Assembly: GCA_041577295.1 (NCBI GenBank)
Contig: JBFGJG010000013.1
Coordinates: 20,518-84,517 of the forward strand
Direction: 5' to 3'
DNA: 64,000 bases
Origin: Gemmatimonadales bacterium
GTDB taxonomy: Bacteria > Gemmatimonadota > Gemmatimonadetes > Gemmatimonadales > GWC2-71-9
Shown here: positions 51,100-61,600 of the stretch, piece after piece
Layout: every line of letters begins with the position of its first letter
Position numbering within the stretch: the first letter of the stretch is position 1
Notes under the pieces: generated by a model
What the model saw: the letters and a program-made list of their open reading frames with translations, nothing else
What the model was told of the DNA's origin: nothing
Database searches by the model: none
Translations under genes and position numbers: made by a program

Positions 51100-52907
51100 T
51101 GGCCCAGATAGCTCAAGACGCGGTCGGCGAGCTTCCTCGAGAACCCGGGAATCGATCCAATCTCTTCCGGAGTGGCGAGACGAACGCCCGCCAAGCTCCC
51201 AAAGCGCTCGAGCAGCGCCCGGCGCCGCTGCTCCCCGATACCGGGAATGCTCATCAGCTCCGAGGTGACCGTGCGAGCCGCACGTCGCTTGCGGCTGTAC
51301 GTGACCGCAAACCGGTGCGCCTCGTCCCGCGCGCGCTGCAGCAGCCGCAGCGAGGGTGAACGAGCCGGCAGACGGAGTGGCTTGGACCGGCCCGGGATGA
51401 AGATCTCCTCCTCACGCTTCGCGAGGCTCGCGAGGGGGATCGGCATCGACATATCCGCGAGCACCGCCGCGGCCGCACCCAACTGGCCTTTGCCCCCGTC
51501 GATCACGATCAGGTCGGGTATTGCGAGCGCCTCGTCCAGCCTCCGCCGAAGGTATCGCGTCAGCACCTCCCGGATCGCTGCGAAATCGTCCTGTTGGGCG
51601 TCTTCCTCTTTGATTTGGAAGCGGCGGTATTCGCTTTTCTTCGGGCGACCAGCCTCAAACCACACAAGCGAGCCCACCGTGTCGCGCCCCTGATTGGTGG
51701 AGATGTCGATACACACCAAACTCCGAGGGACCACGGTGAGCCCGAGATCCCTACCCAGCGCGTACACTGGATCTTCGGCCCGTTCTTCCGTTTCGAGGGA
51801 TTCGATCTTGAAGCTCTCGAGAAGATGTCGCGCGTTCTGGTCCGCGAGATCGACGAGCCGCCGTTTGACGCCCCGATGCGGGATGGACCACTCCGCCTCA
51901 GGTGTGAGCTCGGCGAGCGACTCAAAGTCCTCCGGTGCGAACGGGAGAATGGCGCGTCGCGCGCGGGAGTCGGCTCCCAGATAATACCGCACGAGATACG
52001 CGCTGAGGACAGCTTCATCGGGTTGCTCGGCCACGTTTTCCAGAAAGCGCTGCTCGCGCCCGACCATCTTGCCGTCGCGGATACGCAAGGTCACACCCAC
52101 CGCATCGTCACCGTCGCGCGCAAACCCAATGGCGTCGGCATCTCCACCACCCACGAACTCGACGCTTTGAGGCCGCTCGAGTTGATCGAGCCACTTGATG
52201 GCGTCGCGCAACGTCGCGGCGCGCTCGAAGTCCAGCTTGCGTGCCGCCTCCTCCATACGCGCGCGGAGACGTGCCCGCACCTCAACGGTCTTACCGTCGA
52301 GGAAGGCAACCACGTCGTCGATCATCGCTCGATAGCTCTGCTGATCCTGCATGCCGACGCAGGGTGCCAGGCAGCGGTGGATGTGGTAGTCGAGGCACGG
52401 CCGTTCGGGTGCCTCCGTGGGGAGCTGGTAGTGACAAGACCGGACGGTGAAGATCCGACGGATGATCCGAAGTGTTCGCCGCAGCACCGCAACGTCGGTG
52501 TATGGGCCGAAGTACTTTGCGCCCGGGAGGTTGAGCCGACGGACGACCAGCACCCGCGGGAATGGCTCACCGAGTGTAACGGCGATCGAGGGGTAACTCT
52601 TGTCGTCGCGCAGCCGGATGTTGAACCGGGGCCGGTACTCCTTGATGAGGTTGTTCTCCAGGAGCAGGGCCTGCGGTTCTGACGGGACGACGATGGTTTC
52701 GAGCCCGGCGATGAGCCGGACCAGGGCTCGAATGGTGGGGCTCCACGTGTAGTCAGCCGTGAAGTAGTTCCGAACGCGCTGGCGAAGCCGCTTGGCCTTG
52801 CCGACGTAGAGGACCTGCCCGCGGGCGTCCTTCCAGAGGTAAACGCCCGGCTCGTCCGGAAGCGAGTCGATCTGCCGCTGAACGGTTTCCGGGGCTGCGA
52901 TGCCCAT
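51096..52907 (-). CDS. uvrC: Excinuclease ABC subunit C
   Basis: PGVY, YVGKAK, DDKSYP, IDGGKGQ, RDEAHRFA, HhH; start moved to ATG 52907. Confidence 0.97.
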   Translation of the reverse strand: MGIAAPETVQRQIDSLPDEPGVYLWKDARGQVLYVGKAKRLRQRVRNYFTADYTWSPTIRALVRLIAGLETIVVPSEPQALLLENNLIKEYRPRFNIRLRDDKSYPSIAVTLGEPFPRVLVVRRLNLPGAKYFGPYTDVAVLRRTLRIIRRIFTVRSCHYQLPTEAPERPCLDYHIHRCLAPCVGMQDQQSYRAMIDDVVAFLDGKTVEVRARLRARMEEAARKLDFERAATLRDAIKWLDQLERPQSVEFVGGGDADAIGFARDGDDAVGVTLRIRDGKMVGREQRFLENVAEQPDEAVLSAYLVRYYLGADSRARRAILPFAPEDFESLAELTPEAEWSIPHRGVKRRLVDLADQNARHLLESFKIESLETEERAEDPVYALGRDLGLTVVPRSLVCIDISTNQGRDTVGSLVWFEAGRPKKSEYRRFQIKEEDAQQDDFAAIREVLTRYLRRRLDEALAIPDLIVIDGGKGQLGAAAAVLADMSMPIPLASLAKREEEIFIPGRSKPLRLPARSPSLRLLQRARDEAHRFAVTYSRKRRAARTVTSELMSIPGIGEQRRRALLERFGSLAGVRLATPEEIGSIPGFSRKLADRVLSYLGQ

Positions 52908-52927
52908 GCGTGAAAAGTAATCGGCCC

Positions 52928-54475
52928 TCAGCGGGACCTGCGGAGTTTCCCTCCCATCGTGGCCAACACACGACGGGCATCCGGGTGTCCCATCGCAGTG
53001 CCTATGGCGGCGTAGACGGCAGCAAAGCTCAGCACACCAGCTGTCGCGAGCAACCACACATGTCGGTCGGCCAGGATCGCGGTGACACCGAGGGCGACCG
53101 CTGCGGCGGCCACGGCGGCGAGCCCGGTGACTGCTACCGCGCGCCGCGCGTCGCGTTCGAGAATGGGACCAGTCTTGCGAGCGAGTGTCCACCAATTGAG
53201 GACCATGTTGACGTATGCTGCGACGGCCGTGCCGAGCGCGATGCCAGCGACGCCGATTTGCTGCATGAGCAGGAAGGCAAGGCCAGCCGAGATGCCCACC
53301 GAGATGGCCGCGATGCGGACCGGCGTCTTCGTGTCCCCCAGAGCGTAGTGGCCAGATGCCAGCAGGCGGACGGATGCGAGCCCGGGCATGCCGATCGCGT
53401 ACGCGGCCAGGACGCCGGCCGCCAGACTCGTTTCGTCCGCACCGAATGCGCCTGTTTCGAATAGGGCTCCGATAATTGGTGACGCCAGCGTGGCGCAACC
53501 AAAGGCAGATGGAACGATGAAGAACATCACGCGCCTCGCGCTTTCGGCGACGCGCCTCCGCAGGACGTGCATTTCCGCGCCAGCAGCGTCGCGGCTCAGC
53601 TCGGGAAGAGCAGCGGCGGCGACGCTGATTCCGAACAATGCCACAGGGACGTTTGCGACCAGCTGAGCATACCCGAGGATGGCAACGGATCCCTGTTCCA
53701 GCAGTGAGGCGAGCTGCGTCTCGACGATGCTCGACACTTGGTACACACCTGCGCCAAACACGACCGGCACCCACGTCCGCATCACCCGGCGAACGCCAGT
53801 CGTGGCGAGCCGCAGGCTCCAGTGGATGCGGTGTAGCAGGTGGATCGTGGTGGGTAACTGGATCAGCAACTGCAGAATGCTTCCCGCGAGCGCTCCCCAC
53901 GCTAGCGCCGTCACCAGGCGAAGCTCTACCAATACCCCGCCGAGAAGGACCAGCACGCCGATCTGCACAATGTTCCACACGGCGGGAGCGGAATACGAGA
54001 GAAAGAAGCGACGGTGTGTGTTGAGCACGCCGAGACACCAACCGGAGAGGATCATGATCCCGGACATCGGGAACATGATCTCGACCAGGCGGATGGTCAG
54101 CGCGCGAGTCTCCCCCGAGAAGCCCGGCGCGGCGAAGTCGGTGATCACGGGCGCGAGCACGATGCCGACGATGGTCGCCCCCGCCGCGAGTAGGACGAGG
54201 ATCGATACGATCACACCGGCGAGCCGTCGCGCATCCTCTTCTTCCCCACGCTCGATCAGCCCAGCGAACACCGGGATGAAGGAGGCCGAGAGGGTTCCCT
54301 CGCCCAGGAGGTTGCGGATGACGTTCGGAATACGCAGCGCGGCTCGGAAGGCGTCGGCTGCGGCGCCGTCGCCAAAGTATTGCGCGAAGATGCGCTCGCG
54401 CACGAAGCCCAGGACGCGGGTAACGAGAATGCCCGCGCCGACTCGAGCCGCCAGGCGGCCCTGGGACGGAGCCAT
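52928..54475 (-). CDS. murJ: Lipid II flippase MurJ
   Basis: RVLGFVRE, RIPN..RNLLGEG.LSASFIP, DTKTP. Confidence 0.95.
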   Translation of the reverse strand: MAPSQGRLAARVGAGILVTRVLGFVRERIFAQYFGDGAAADAFRAALRIPNVIRNLLGEGTLSASFIPVFAGLIERGEEEDARRLAGVIVSILVLLAAGATIVGIVLAPVITDFAAPGFSGETRALTIRLVEIMFPMSGIMILSGWCLGVLNTHRRFFLSYSAPAVWNIVQIGVLVLLGGVLVELRLVTALAWGALAGSILQLLIQLPTTIHLLHRIHWSLRLATTGVRRVMRTWVPVVFGAGVYQVSSIVETQLASLLEQGSVAILGYAQLVANVPVALFGISVAAAALPELSRDAAGAEMHVLRRRVAESARRVMFFIVPSAFGCATLASPIIGALFETGAFGADETSLAAGVLAAYAIGMPGLASVRLLASGHYALGDTKTPVRIAAISVGISAGLAFLLMQQIGVAGIALGTAVAAYVNMVLNWWTLARKTGPILERDARRAVAVTGLAAVAAAAVALGVTAILADRHVWLLATAGVLSFAAVYAAIGTAMGHPDARRVLATMGGKLRRSR

Positions 54476-54478
54476 GTA

Positions 54479-54757
54479 TTACCGGTTGGGTGGGGGAATT
54501 GGCGGTGGTTTGCCGCGCTCCTGCAGCAGCGATTGCAAGAAATGAGTTTCCTCGCGGAGGTCGCGGACCACCCGCCCGATCTCATCAATATCTTCTTCCA
54601 GTGCTATCACCCGCCGGTTCAGATCGTCGAGCGCTTCGTCGTCGACGTGACGCGAGCGATCGGCCAAACTACGACCGACTGGCGAGTGCAGCACAATGGC
54701 GAGGATGGGAATCAACAGTGCGAGAACTACCACGAGCATGCCGAGGCTCAGAATCAT
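54479..54757 (-). CDS. Small membrane protein (TM plus coiled coil)
   Basis: Hydrophobic N-terminus, heptad region, Pro-rich tail; fills the bshC-murJ gap. Confidence 0.7.
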   Translation of the reverse strand: MILSLGMLVVVLALLIPILAIVLHSPVGRSLADRSRHVDDEALDDLNRRVIALEEDIDEIGRVVRDLREETHFLQSLLQERGKPPPIPPPNR

Positions 54758-54766
54758 GCGCGCATT

Positions 54767-56305
54767 CTAGGGCCCGTGCCTGACGGATTCAAGAGAGCCG
54801 CACCACTCATCCGCGGTCGCGAGCGCCGAGTCGACGAAGGAGGTACCGTACCGGATTAGGTATGGGACCACGTTGAAGACCCGTTCTTGGGGGCGTCCCA
54901 GCGGAAACAGGTGATTGCGGGCCTTGGTGACCTGCTGAACCAGGATCTCGCTCTGCTTCTTCAAGTGCGAGACGAGACGTTTCTCCACGTCAGCGATGCC
55001 GCCGAGCTGACTGTTGCGCTGCGCGGCAATGGCCTTTTTGAGTGTCGGGTCGATGGCCATAACCTCGCGTTCCAAGCGGGCGAACTCTGCTTGCACCGCC
55101 TGGCGCAGCGTGCGGAGCGCCGCCGCGGCTTCGGGCGGCATCTCCTCTCGCATCAGCTGGCCTTCCACCTGTCCTTCTTGGGCCAGTTGATCCGGGTCGA
55201 TCCCAAATTTCTCCAGCACTTTGGTGATCTTTGCTTCCAGAATGCGCGCCGACCAGCGGGGTACGAACGGTTGGGGCTCAACGCCCAAACGGTCATAAAC
55301 CGGCGCACACTGCGGCGAATACGCGAGCTCACCGGGTCCGGCCACGTATGCCACGGTTGGGAGTAGCGCCGCCTCGATCACGGGACGCAACAGCACGTTT
55401 GGAGAGAGGCGTTCCGGCTCGGTCTGGGCGATCGCCTCGAGCTGTCGGAAGGTCCACGTCTCCTGAGAGCGCCGGGCGACAAAGTGATTCCCGTCGATGA
55501 TCAGACGATCCCGTCCGAGCGACACTTCGATCATCACGGTAGTGGCCTGGTCGCCAACGGAGACAGGGACTGGGTGACCACCTCGCTCGAGCTCGCGACG
55601 GCGCTCGGCGAGCGCGCGATCGAGCGCAACGGCGTGCTCGAGGGCTTGGAGCAGCCGCGGCGCCATGGCGCGTTTCGCGGACGAATCCGTCGGCCGAAAC
55701 ACCAGCAAGCCGTGCGGAGACAGTAGCTCGGCCAGCGCCCCAGCGAACGCGGTGGCCATGTCCTGCTCGGGCTGGTAGTGGCGCCGTATCCATGTCAGCA
55801 CCTGGTCGCGGAATTCGGTAGGTGGGGTCTCCGTCTCGAGCGCTGCGAGTACAGCGTCCACGTCCTTACCCACCGGCTCACGGTAGAGCGGCAGCGATGG
55901 TGCGTCGGGATCCCGACCCCGCAGCCGGAGTTCCGTGATCTCGTTGTTCAGGTTGACGATGTGGAAGTGGTTCGCCTCCGCGAAGTCGTGGTCATCGCCG
56001 GCTACCCAAAACACGGGTACCACCGGGCGCTTGAGCTGTGTGCTGAGTCTGCGAGCCAACGCGATAGCGGTGACCGCCTTGTAGACGGTGAACAACGGGC
56101 CGAGGAAAAGCCCCGGCTGTTGTCCCGTCGTGACACACAGCGCGCCACCGTCGAATAGCGCGTCGAGACTCGGCTCCGTACCGCGGCCCCCGACGAATGC
56201 CGAGCGCAGGCTGGGTTCCAGCGCCTGCGCTGGTGGCACGACACGCGTCTCGAGCAGCCCCGTGGGTGGCTCTGCAATGGGTGTTGTGTCGAAGGCGAGG
56301 GTCAT
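54767..56305 (-). CDS. bshC: Bacillithiol biosynthesis protein BshC
   Basis: TTGQQPG, FWVAGDDHDF, SPNVLLRP, GPGELAY, QERV. Confidence 0.93.
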   Translation of the reverse strand: MTLAFDTTPIAEPPTGLLETRVVPPAQALEPSLRSAFVGGRGTEPSLDALFDGGALCVTTGQQPGLFLGPLFTVYKAVTAIALARRLSTQLKRPVVPVFWVAGDDHDFAEANHFHIVNLNNEITELRLRGRDPDAPSLPLYREPVGKDVDAVLAALETETPPTEFRDQVLTWIRRHYQPEQDMATAFAGALAELLSPHGLLVFRPTDSSAKRAMAPRLLQALEHAVALDRALAERRRELERGGHPVPVSVGDQATTVMIEVSLGRDRLIIDGNHFVARRSQETWTFRQLEAIAQTEPERLSPNVLLRPVIEAALLPTVAYVAGPGELAYSPQCAPVYDRLGVEPQPFVPRWSARILEAKITKVLEKFGIDPDQLAQEGQVEGQLMREEMPPEAAAALRTLRQAVQAEFARLEREVMAIDPTLKKAIAAQRNSQLGGIADVEKRLVSHLKKQSEILVQQVTKARNHLFPLGRPQERVFNVVPYLIRYGTSFVDSALATADEWCGSLESVRHGP

Positions 56306-57024
56306 GATCTGCTCGCGACGAAGATGGCACGCGGGGCGTCGTCGGCCAATGGCTCTGCCCCGTATCCACCAAAACGAGCCGTCACCGAGAAGCCGGCATC
56401 GGTCAGCATCCGCTCTAACGCGTGCGGCGCAAAGAGTCGCACACGCTCGAGAAAGCTATGCCCTTCATCGACGAGCTGAATCTCCTTGATAACGAACCGG
56501 TCGTCGGCCGATATGCGACGTTCGGTCGCGACGCGACGACTGCCGAGGGTACGTTCGTCGCGGGGCACGAGGGTGCTCCGGACCCAGGTCGCGTTGAAGT
56601 AATCCAAAACAAACGTCCCCTGCGGTTTGAGGACCGTCGCCACGTTCTGTAGGACGCGGCGGTGCTGACGGTCGTCGGCAAAATATCCGAAGCTCGTGAA
56701 GAGATTCACCACGAGGTCGAACGACCGTGATGCGAATGGTAGGTATCTCATGTCGCCGCGCACCAGCTGTAGCGGCGGTTGCATGCGGACCCTTGCCCGC
56801 CGGAGCAATGGCATCGAGAGATCGAATCCAATCACGCGCGCGTCCAGCTGCGCAAGCGCCTCGGCGTGGCGCCCGGGGCCACAGGCGAGATCCAGCACGA
56901 ACCGCCCGGCGACACCGATCCGGTCGTTGATCAACGATACCATGCGCTGGGCATCTTCGTCATCGCGGTGAGGGTAGAGCTGAAGGTACTCTTCACCAAA
57001 CCACTGCTCGAACCACTCGGTCAC
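56302..57024 (-). CDS. Class I SAM-dependent methyltransferase
   Basis: LDLACGPGRH, GDMR.LP, NLFTSFGYF; overlaps bshC and rlmH by 4 bp. Confidence 0.9.
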   Translation of the reverse strand: MTEWFEQWFGEEYLQLYPHRDDEDAQRMVSLINDRIGVAGRFVLDLACGPGRHAEALAQLDARVIGFDLSMPLLRRARVRMQPPLQLVRGDMRYLPFASRSFDLVVNLFTSFGYFADDRQHRRVLQNVATVLKPQGTFVLDYFNATWVRSTLVPRDERTLGSRRVATERRISADDRFVIKEIQLVDEGHSFLERVRLFAPHALERMLTDAGFSVTARFGGYGAEPLADDAPRAIFVASRS

Positions 57025-57497
57025 CGCCTGTCCCCCTTGTGGTATGGTTCGCCGCGGAGAATTGTGCAGGCGCGGTAGAGTTGCTCCAGCAAGACGAGTC
57101 GGGCCACGTCGTGCGGGAACGTCAAGGCGGAAAGACTGATGCACTCGTGGCTTTCCCGGATCACGCGGTCGTCGAGGCCGTGAGGCCCGCCGAGCAGCAG
57201 CGTTACATGGCGAGCCGTTTGACGCCAGCGGTCGAGGAGCTTGGCGAACGCGAGGCTGTCGAGCGTGCGACCGGTGCGCGAAAGGGCCACCACGTGCGAA
57301 CCCGGCGGGATGGCTTCGGAGAGCGAGGAGCTTTCGAGCCGTCGCGCAACGCCGGCATCGGATTCCCGACGCCCAGCGTCACGCACTTCCTTCACTTCGA
57401 GGTTGAGGTAGCGACCGATTCGCGAGGCGAAGACATCACACGCATCGCGGAGGGAAGCCGTCTTCACGCGACCGACGGCCAGCACCAGGACCTTCAT
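57021..57497 (-). CDS. rlmH: 23S rRNA pseudouridine-1915 methyltransferase
   Basis: GGPHGL, LSALTFPH, EQLYRA...PYHK. Confidence 0.95.
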   Translation of the reverse strand: MKVLVLAVGRVKTASLRDACDVFASRIGRYLNLEVKEVRDAGRRESDAGVARRLESSSLSEAIPPGSHVVALSRTGRTLDSLAFAKLLDRWRQTARHVTLLLGGPHGLDDRVIRESHECISLSALTFPHDVARLVLLEQLYRACTILRGEPYHKGDRR

Positions 57498-58819
57498 CAG
57501 GCATAGAGACCGCGGAGACGATGCACGGCCGCTACCCGTTCGATGGCGAGCATGTACGCGGCGATTCGCATGTTCACTGAGTGGCGCTCAGCGACCGCAA
57601 GCACATCTTCGAACGATCGCTCGATGACCTGGTTCAGGCGCTCAACCACCGTCTTCTCGTCCCAGAAATACCCTGCCCTGTCCTGCACCCACTCGAAGTA
57701 GCTGACCGTCACCCCTCCAGCGTTGGCGAGGATATCCGGGATCACGAAGACGCCCTTTTCCTCGAGTATGGCGTCTGCGCCCGCGGTGGTCGGACCGTTG
57801 GCCCCTTCACATATGATCTTCGCCTTGACCTGCGATGCGTTCTTCCGCGTGATCGCGTTCTCGATCGCGGCGGGAACGAGGACGTCGACATCCAGGGTGA
57901 ACAGATCGTCCGGGGCGATTGGTTCCGCCCCCGGGTAGCCGGTGAGGTAGCGGTGCTCACTCACCCACTTCAACGCGCCGTCGATGTAAATACCGTTCTC
58001 GTTGTAGACAGCTCCCGACATGTCGCTCACCGCAACGATCGTGAGTCCCTCTTGCTCGAGCAACTTTGCTGCGATCGATCCGACGTTGCCGAATCCCTGA
58101 ACGCTCACCTTCGTCCCGCGCAGCGGCAAGCCGAGATGCTTGAGCGCCGCCTTGGTGGCAATCATGCATCCCCGCCCCGTGGCTTCGCGGCGACCCAACG
58201 ACCCTCCCATTTCCACCGGCTTGCCGGTCACAACCGCGGTCACGGGATGGCGACGGTGCATGGAGTATGTATCCATGATCCACGCCATCACCCGCTCGTT
58301 GGTGTTAACATCGGGCGCCGGAATGTCGGACTCGGGACCGAGTAGGTCGATGAGCGATGCCGTGTAGCGGCGCGTGATTTTTTCGACCTCGCTAATGGAA
58401 AGCACGGTTGGGTCGCACACCACCCCGCCTTTGGCGCCGCCGAATGGAATATTGACTACCGCGCACTTCCAGGTCATCCAGGCTGCCAGGGCCTTCACCT
58501 CGTCGAGCGACACCCGCAAATCAAACCGGATCCCGCCTTTGGCCGGTCCCCGCGCCGTATTGTGGATGACGCGGTAACCCGTGAACACCTCCAGCTCGCC
58601 ATTATCGAGCTGGACTGGAACCGAGACGATCATCTGTTTTTCGGGAACGCGCAGCACCTTGTAGATGCCTGGGTCGAGATCGAGCAACTCCGCCGCGTGG
58701 TCGAAGCGAGCCATCATCGCCTCGAAGGGGTTGTCCTCCTCGAGGTGCGGGTCTTTGCTGCGTCCGATGATCTCTTGGGCGGTTCTCACCGGCCGCTCGG
58801 CTTTCGCTCCGCTGGTCAT
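57497..58819 (-). CDS. Glutamate dehydrogenase (Glu/Leu/Phe/Val family)
   Basis: [39 protein letters not shown]. Confidence 0.95.
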   Translation of the reverse strand: MTSGAKAERPVRTAQEIIGRSKDPHLEEDNPFEAMMARFDHAAELLDLDPGIYKVLRVPEKQMIVSVPVQLDNGELEVFTGYRVIHNTARGPAKGGIRFDLRVSLDEVKALAAWMTWKCAVVNIPFGGAKGGVVCDPTVLSISEVEKITRRYTASLIDLLGPESDIPAPDVNTNERVMAWIMDTYSMHRRHPVTAVVTGKPVEMGGSLGRREATGRGCMIATKAALKHLGLPLRGTKVSVQGFGNVGSIAAKLLEQEGLTIVAVSDMSGAVYNENGIYIDGALKWVSEHRYLTGYPGAEPIAPDDLFTLDVDVLVPAAIENAITRKNASQVKAKIICEGANGPTTAGADAILEEKGVFVIPDILANAGGVTVSYFEWVQDRAGYFWDEKTVVERLNQVIERSFEDVLAVAERHSVNMRIAAYMLAIERVAAVHRLRGLYA

Positions 58820-59892
58820 GGCGTCACGCCGCGTCGTGCTCTTTGAGGCTCATCACCAGGTGCCTCTTGGCACGGGGTCAAGGTGGTGCCGCTCGGGATG
58901 GCGGCAAGCGCTGCGTGCAGCACCGACGCGTTGGTCTCGATGAGCACCTCGAGCTGTGCGACCAACGGTTCGGGCGCCGTGCGCGGCCAAACGCTGCGCA
59001 GCTTCACGGCGTCTTTTTCCGTCACTACAACGTAATCACCCGACTGTCCGGCAAGGAGGAGGCGCCGCACATGACTTTTGCGGTAGCGCTGATGGTTCCG
59101 CCAACGTAATAGAGTCACTGAGCGGGCGTAGCGGCGTAATTGCGCCGCGAACGTATCCGGGTCGGCGACCCCAGCCGACGCCACGATGTGCGCGTCACGC
59201 AGCGAGGCCGGATGGACCATGGTGCCCGACGTTAAGCCCTCGAACCGGCCGATAGCGAGCTTCGCAGTGACGATTGGTGCGCCAGGTGCGAAGCGGCGCA
59301 GTTCAGGGACGAGCGCCGAGACTGCAGCGCGTGACACACTTTTGCGGGTGACGATCACGATGTCGGCGCGCCGTAGGGCAGCCTGCGATTCCCGCCAGGG
59401 CCCCGCCGGAAAGCTCCATCGCACGCTGAACGCGGACTCTGCGCTGACCAGCGCGAGATTGAGATCGCGACTCACACTGAGCCGCTGAAACGCGTCATCC
59501 AAAACCGCGACCTGTGCCCCCAATCGAGCGGCTTCGCACGCGGAACGCGAGCGATTGGGATGCTCAATTACCACGGCCTCCGGTACGGTTCGCCGGTGCA
59601 CCAACCCTTCGTCTCCGCCATATCCGCGAAGTAAGATGGCCGGACGGATACCGCGACGCGCGTACTGTTTGGCGATCCACCCTGCGACCGGTGTCTTGCC
59701 AGAACCGCCAACCGTGAGATTGCCCACCGCGACCGTGGGCAATGGCGAGCGGTGAGTGGGGAGAATCCCCAGAGCGTACGCGCTCGCGCGGGCGGTCATG
59801 ATCGAGCGGTACAGCATCGCCAGCGGCAGCATGGCTGCCCGAGCGAGGAAGGCGGACCACGAGCGCTCGGTCCACAGCCAGCGGATCAGCAC
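58816..59892 (-). CDS. lpxK: Tetraacyldisaccharide 4'-kinase
   Basis: [37 protein letters not shown]. Confidence 0.92.
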   Translation of the reverse strand: MLIRWLWTERSWSAFLARAAMLPLAMLYRSIMTARASAYALGILPTHRSPLPTVAVGNLTVGGSGKTPVAGWIAKQYARRGIRPAILLRGYGGDEGLVHRRTVPEAVVIEHPNRSRSACEAARLGAQVAVLDDAFQRLSVSRDLNLALVSAESAFSVRWSFPAGPWRESQAALRRADIVIVTRKSVSRAAVSALVPELRRFAPGAPIVTAKLAIGRFEGLTSGTMVHPASLRDAHIVASAGVADPDTFAAQLRRYARSVTLLRWRNHQRYRKSHVRRLLLAGQSGDYVVVTEKDAVKLRSVWPRTAPEPLVAQLEVLIETNASVLHAALAAIPSGTTLTPCQEAPGDEPQRARRGVTP

Positions 59893-60506
59893 AGCGATCG
59901 CGCTTCTTCCGCGAGAGCGCCCATGGCCCGCGCGAGGCTGGCCGCAGCAGTCGAGGGGTCTCCCGCGTTTGTTTTGATGATCAGGGGGTCACCGTACGCG
60001 ATCGCGACACGCGCGAACGGGCGCGGCACGAGGAAGCGGTCCCACGAATGCAAACGCCACCCTCTGGACGCCGCGGTGGCCACCGGAACGACCGGCGCGC
60101 CCGTGAGCTGCGCGGCAGCTGCGACGCCAGGTTTGGGGATGCGGGCCGGACCCCGTGGGCCATCGGGCGTCACGGCGGCAACCCCGCCCCGCCGCAGAAC
60201 TCGCACCAAACCGCGGAGGCCCTGAACGCCTCCGCGGGTCGATGAGCCGCGCACCGCATCGTAACCCCAACCCCTAGCAGCCGCGGCGAGCTGCCCGCCG
60301 TCGTCGTGCGCGCTCACGAGCAGGGTGATGCCCTCGCCCCGGCGATGCCACAGTGGCGCCAACAGGTTGCCGTGCCAGACAGCAAAGAGAATGGGTGATC
60401 CGGCGGCGCGCATCCGTTCGACGTGCTGCTCCCCCGAGACCGTGAGATTCCACGTCCGGGCGAGCGTCGAAGCCGCGAGACGTAGCACGGCTGCGTGCTC
60501 GGTCAC
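59886..60506 (-). CDS. DUF374 acyltransferase (LpxJ-like)
   Basis: WHG, S...DG, RGSSTRGG, TPDGPRGP, SWDRF..P.PF. Confidence 0.85.
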   Translation of the reverse strand: MTEHAAVLRLAASTLARTWNLTVSGEQHVERMRAAGSPILFAVWHGNLLAPLWHRRGEGITLLVSAHDDGGQLAAAARGWGYDAVRGSSTRGGVQGLRGLVRVLRRGGVAAVTPDGPRGPARIPKPGVAAAAQLTGAPVVPVATAASRGWRLHSWDRFLVPRPFARVAIAYGDPLIIKTNAGDPSTAAASLARAMGALAEEARSLC

Positions 60507-61600
60507 GCGACGAGTCGCTCCGCGAGGGATGCGACGCGACCGGCGGCCCCGCTGGCCCCAAGTCGCGTTCGGATCGTTGCAAACCCCTCGAGCTGAAGCC
60601 GCGCCGCTGGGTTCTCGGGATCGAGGATCGTGCGGAGTGCCGCAGCCACCACGCGAGGACGCGCCCTGCGCTGGAGCAGCTCGGGTACCAGCCCCTCACC
60701 AACTAACAGGTTGACGAGACTCACATACGGCACCGCTACGAGACGTCGCGCGGCGGCGAAGGTTAGCGGATGCATCCGGTGTGCGACGACCATCGGCACG
60801 CCGGCCAGCGCCGCTTCGAGCGTTCCGGTGCCCGCCTTACAGAGCGCTCCATCTGCCGCCGCGAGCACGGTCGGTCCATCTCCGCAACGCACCCCTTGGA
60901 GGGCTGCGATCGGTTGCCCAGACGGTGACGCAACTACGAGCTCGACCCCTCGCACCGCGGTGCTGACCTCGCGAGCAGCGTGCATGAAGAGGGTGGCGTG
61001 TCGGTCGATTTCGTGGCTGCGACTTCCAGGCAACAAGGCCAGCACCCGCGCCGCGGGATCAATTCCCAATTGCGCACGCGCGTCAGTCCGGCTGATCGAA
61101 TTCGACCGGTCCAGTAAGGGATGTCCCACGAACACCGCCGGGATACCCTGATCACGGAAGAATGGCTCTTCGAAGGGGAGGATCACTGCGAGGGTCCGCA
61201 CGTGCTCGCGGAGCAGCGGCAGCCTCCACCTGCCCCACGCCCACAGTTGCGGGGCGATGTAGTACAGCACTGGAACGCGCGCCTCGCTCGCTGCTTTGGC
61301 AAGCCGCAGGTGGAACCCGGGATAGTCCACCAGCAGAACGAGATCATAGCGATTGGCGGCGATCCGCCGCCGGAGGTCGCGCAGGAGCCGCACGTGTGTT
61401 GGGAAGCGACCGGCGGATTCGAACAGCCCGGTGGCGGAGAGATGCTCCACGCGTTCCAGCAACTCGACACCCGATCGCTCGAGACCTGGGCCACCGACGC
61501 CCTCGAGATCCGTCCCCGGAAGCCGGGCTCGCAACGCGTCGACCACACTTGCCGCGTGCATGTCGCCCGACGGCTCGCCCGCCGAAACCAGGATTCGCAT
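60503..61600 (-). CDS. lpxB: Lipid-A-disaccharide synthase
   Basis: AGEPSGD, DYPGF, PQLWAW, LPFE, VGHPL, LPGSR; start moved to ATG 61600. Confidence 0.95.
   Translation of the reverse strand: MRILVSAGEPSGDMHAASVVDALRARLPGTDLEGVGGPGLERSGVELLERVEHLSATGLFESAGRFPTHVRLLRDLRRRIAANRYDLVLLVDYPGFHLRLAKAASEARVPVLYYIAPQLWAWGRWRLPLLREHVRTLAVILPFEEPFFRDQGIPAVFVGHPLLDRSNSISRTDARAQLGIDPAARVLALLPGSRSHEIDRHATLFMHAAREVSTAVRGVELVVASPSGQPIAALQGVRCGDGPTVLAAADGALCKAGTGTLEAALAGVPMVVAHRMHPLTFAAARRLVAVPYVSLVNLLVGEGLVPELLQRRARPRVVAAALRTILDPENPAARLQLEGFATIRTRLGASGAAGRVASLAERLVA

Noticed and set aside
52908..54041. 981-aa UvrC with long N-terminal extension
   Set aside because: Alternative-frame overlap with murJ, Arg-rich shadow translation; the same applies to the extended fabD, fabG, gpsA, lpxB and ispF ORFs
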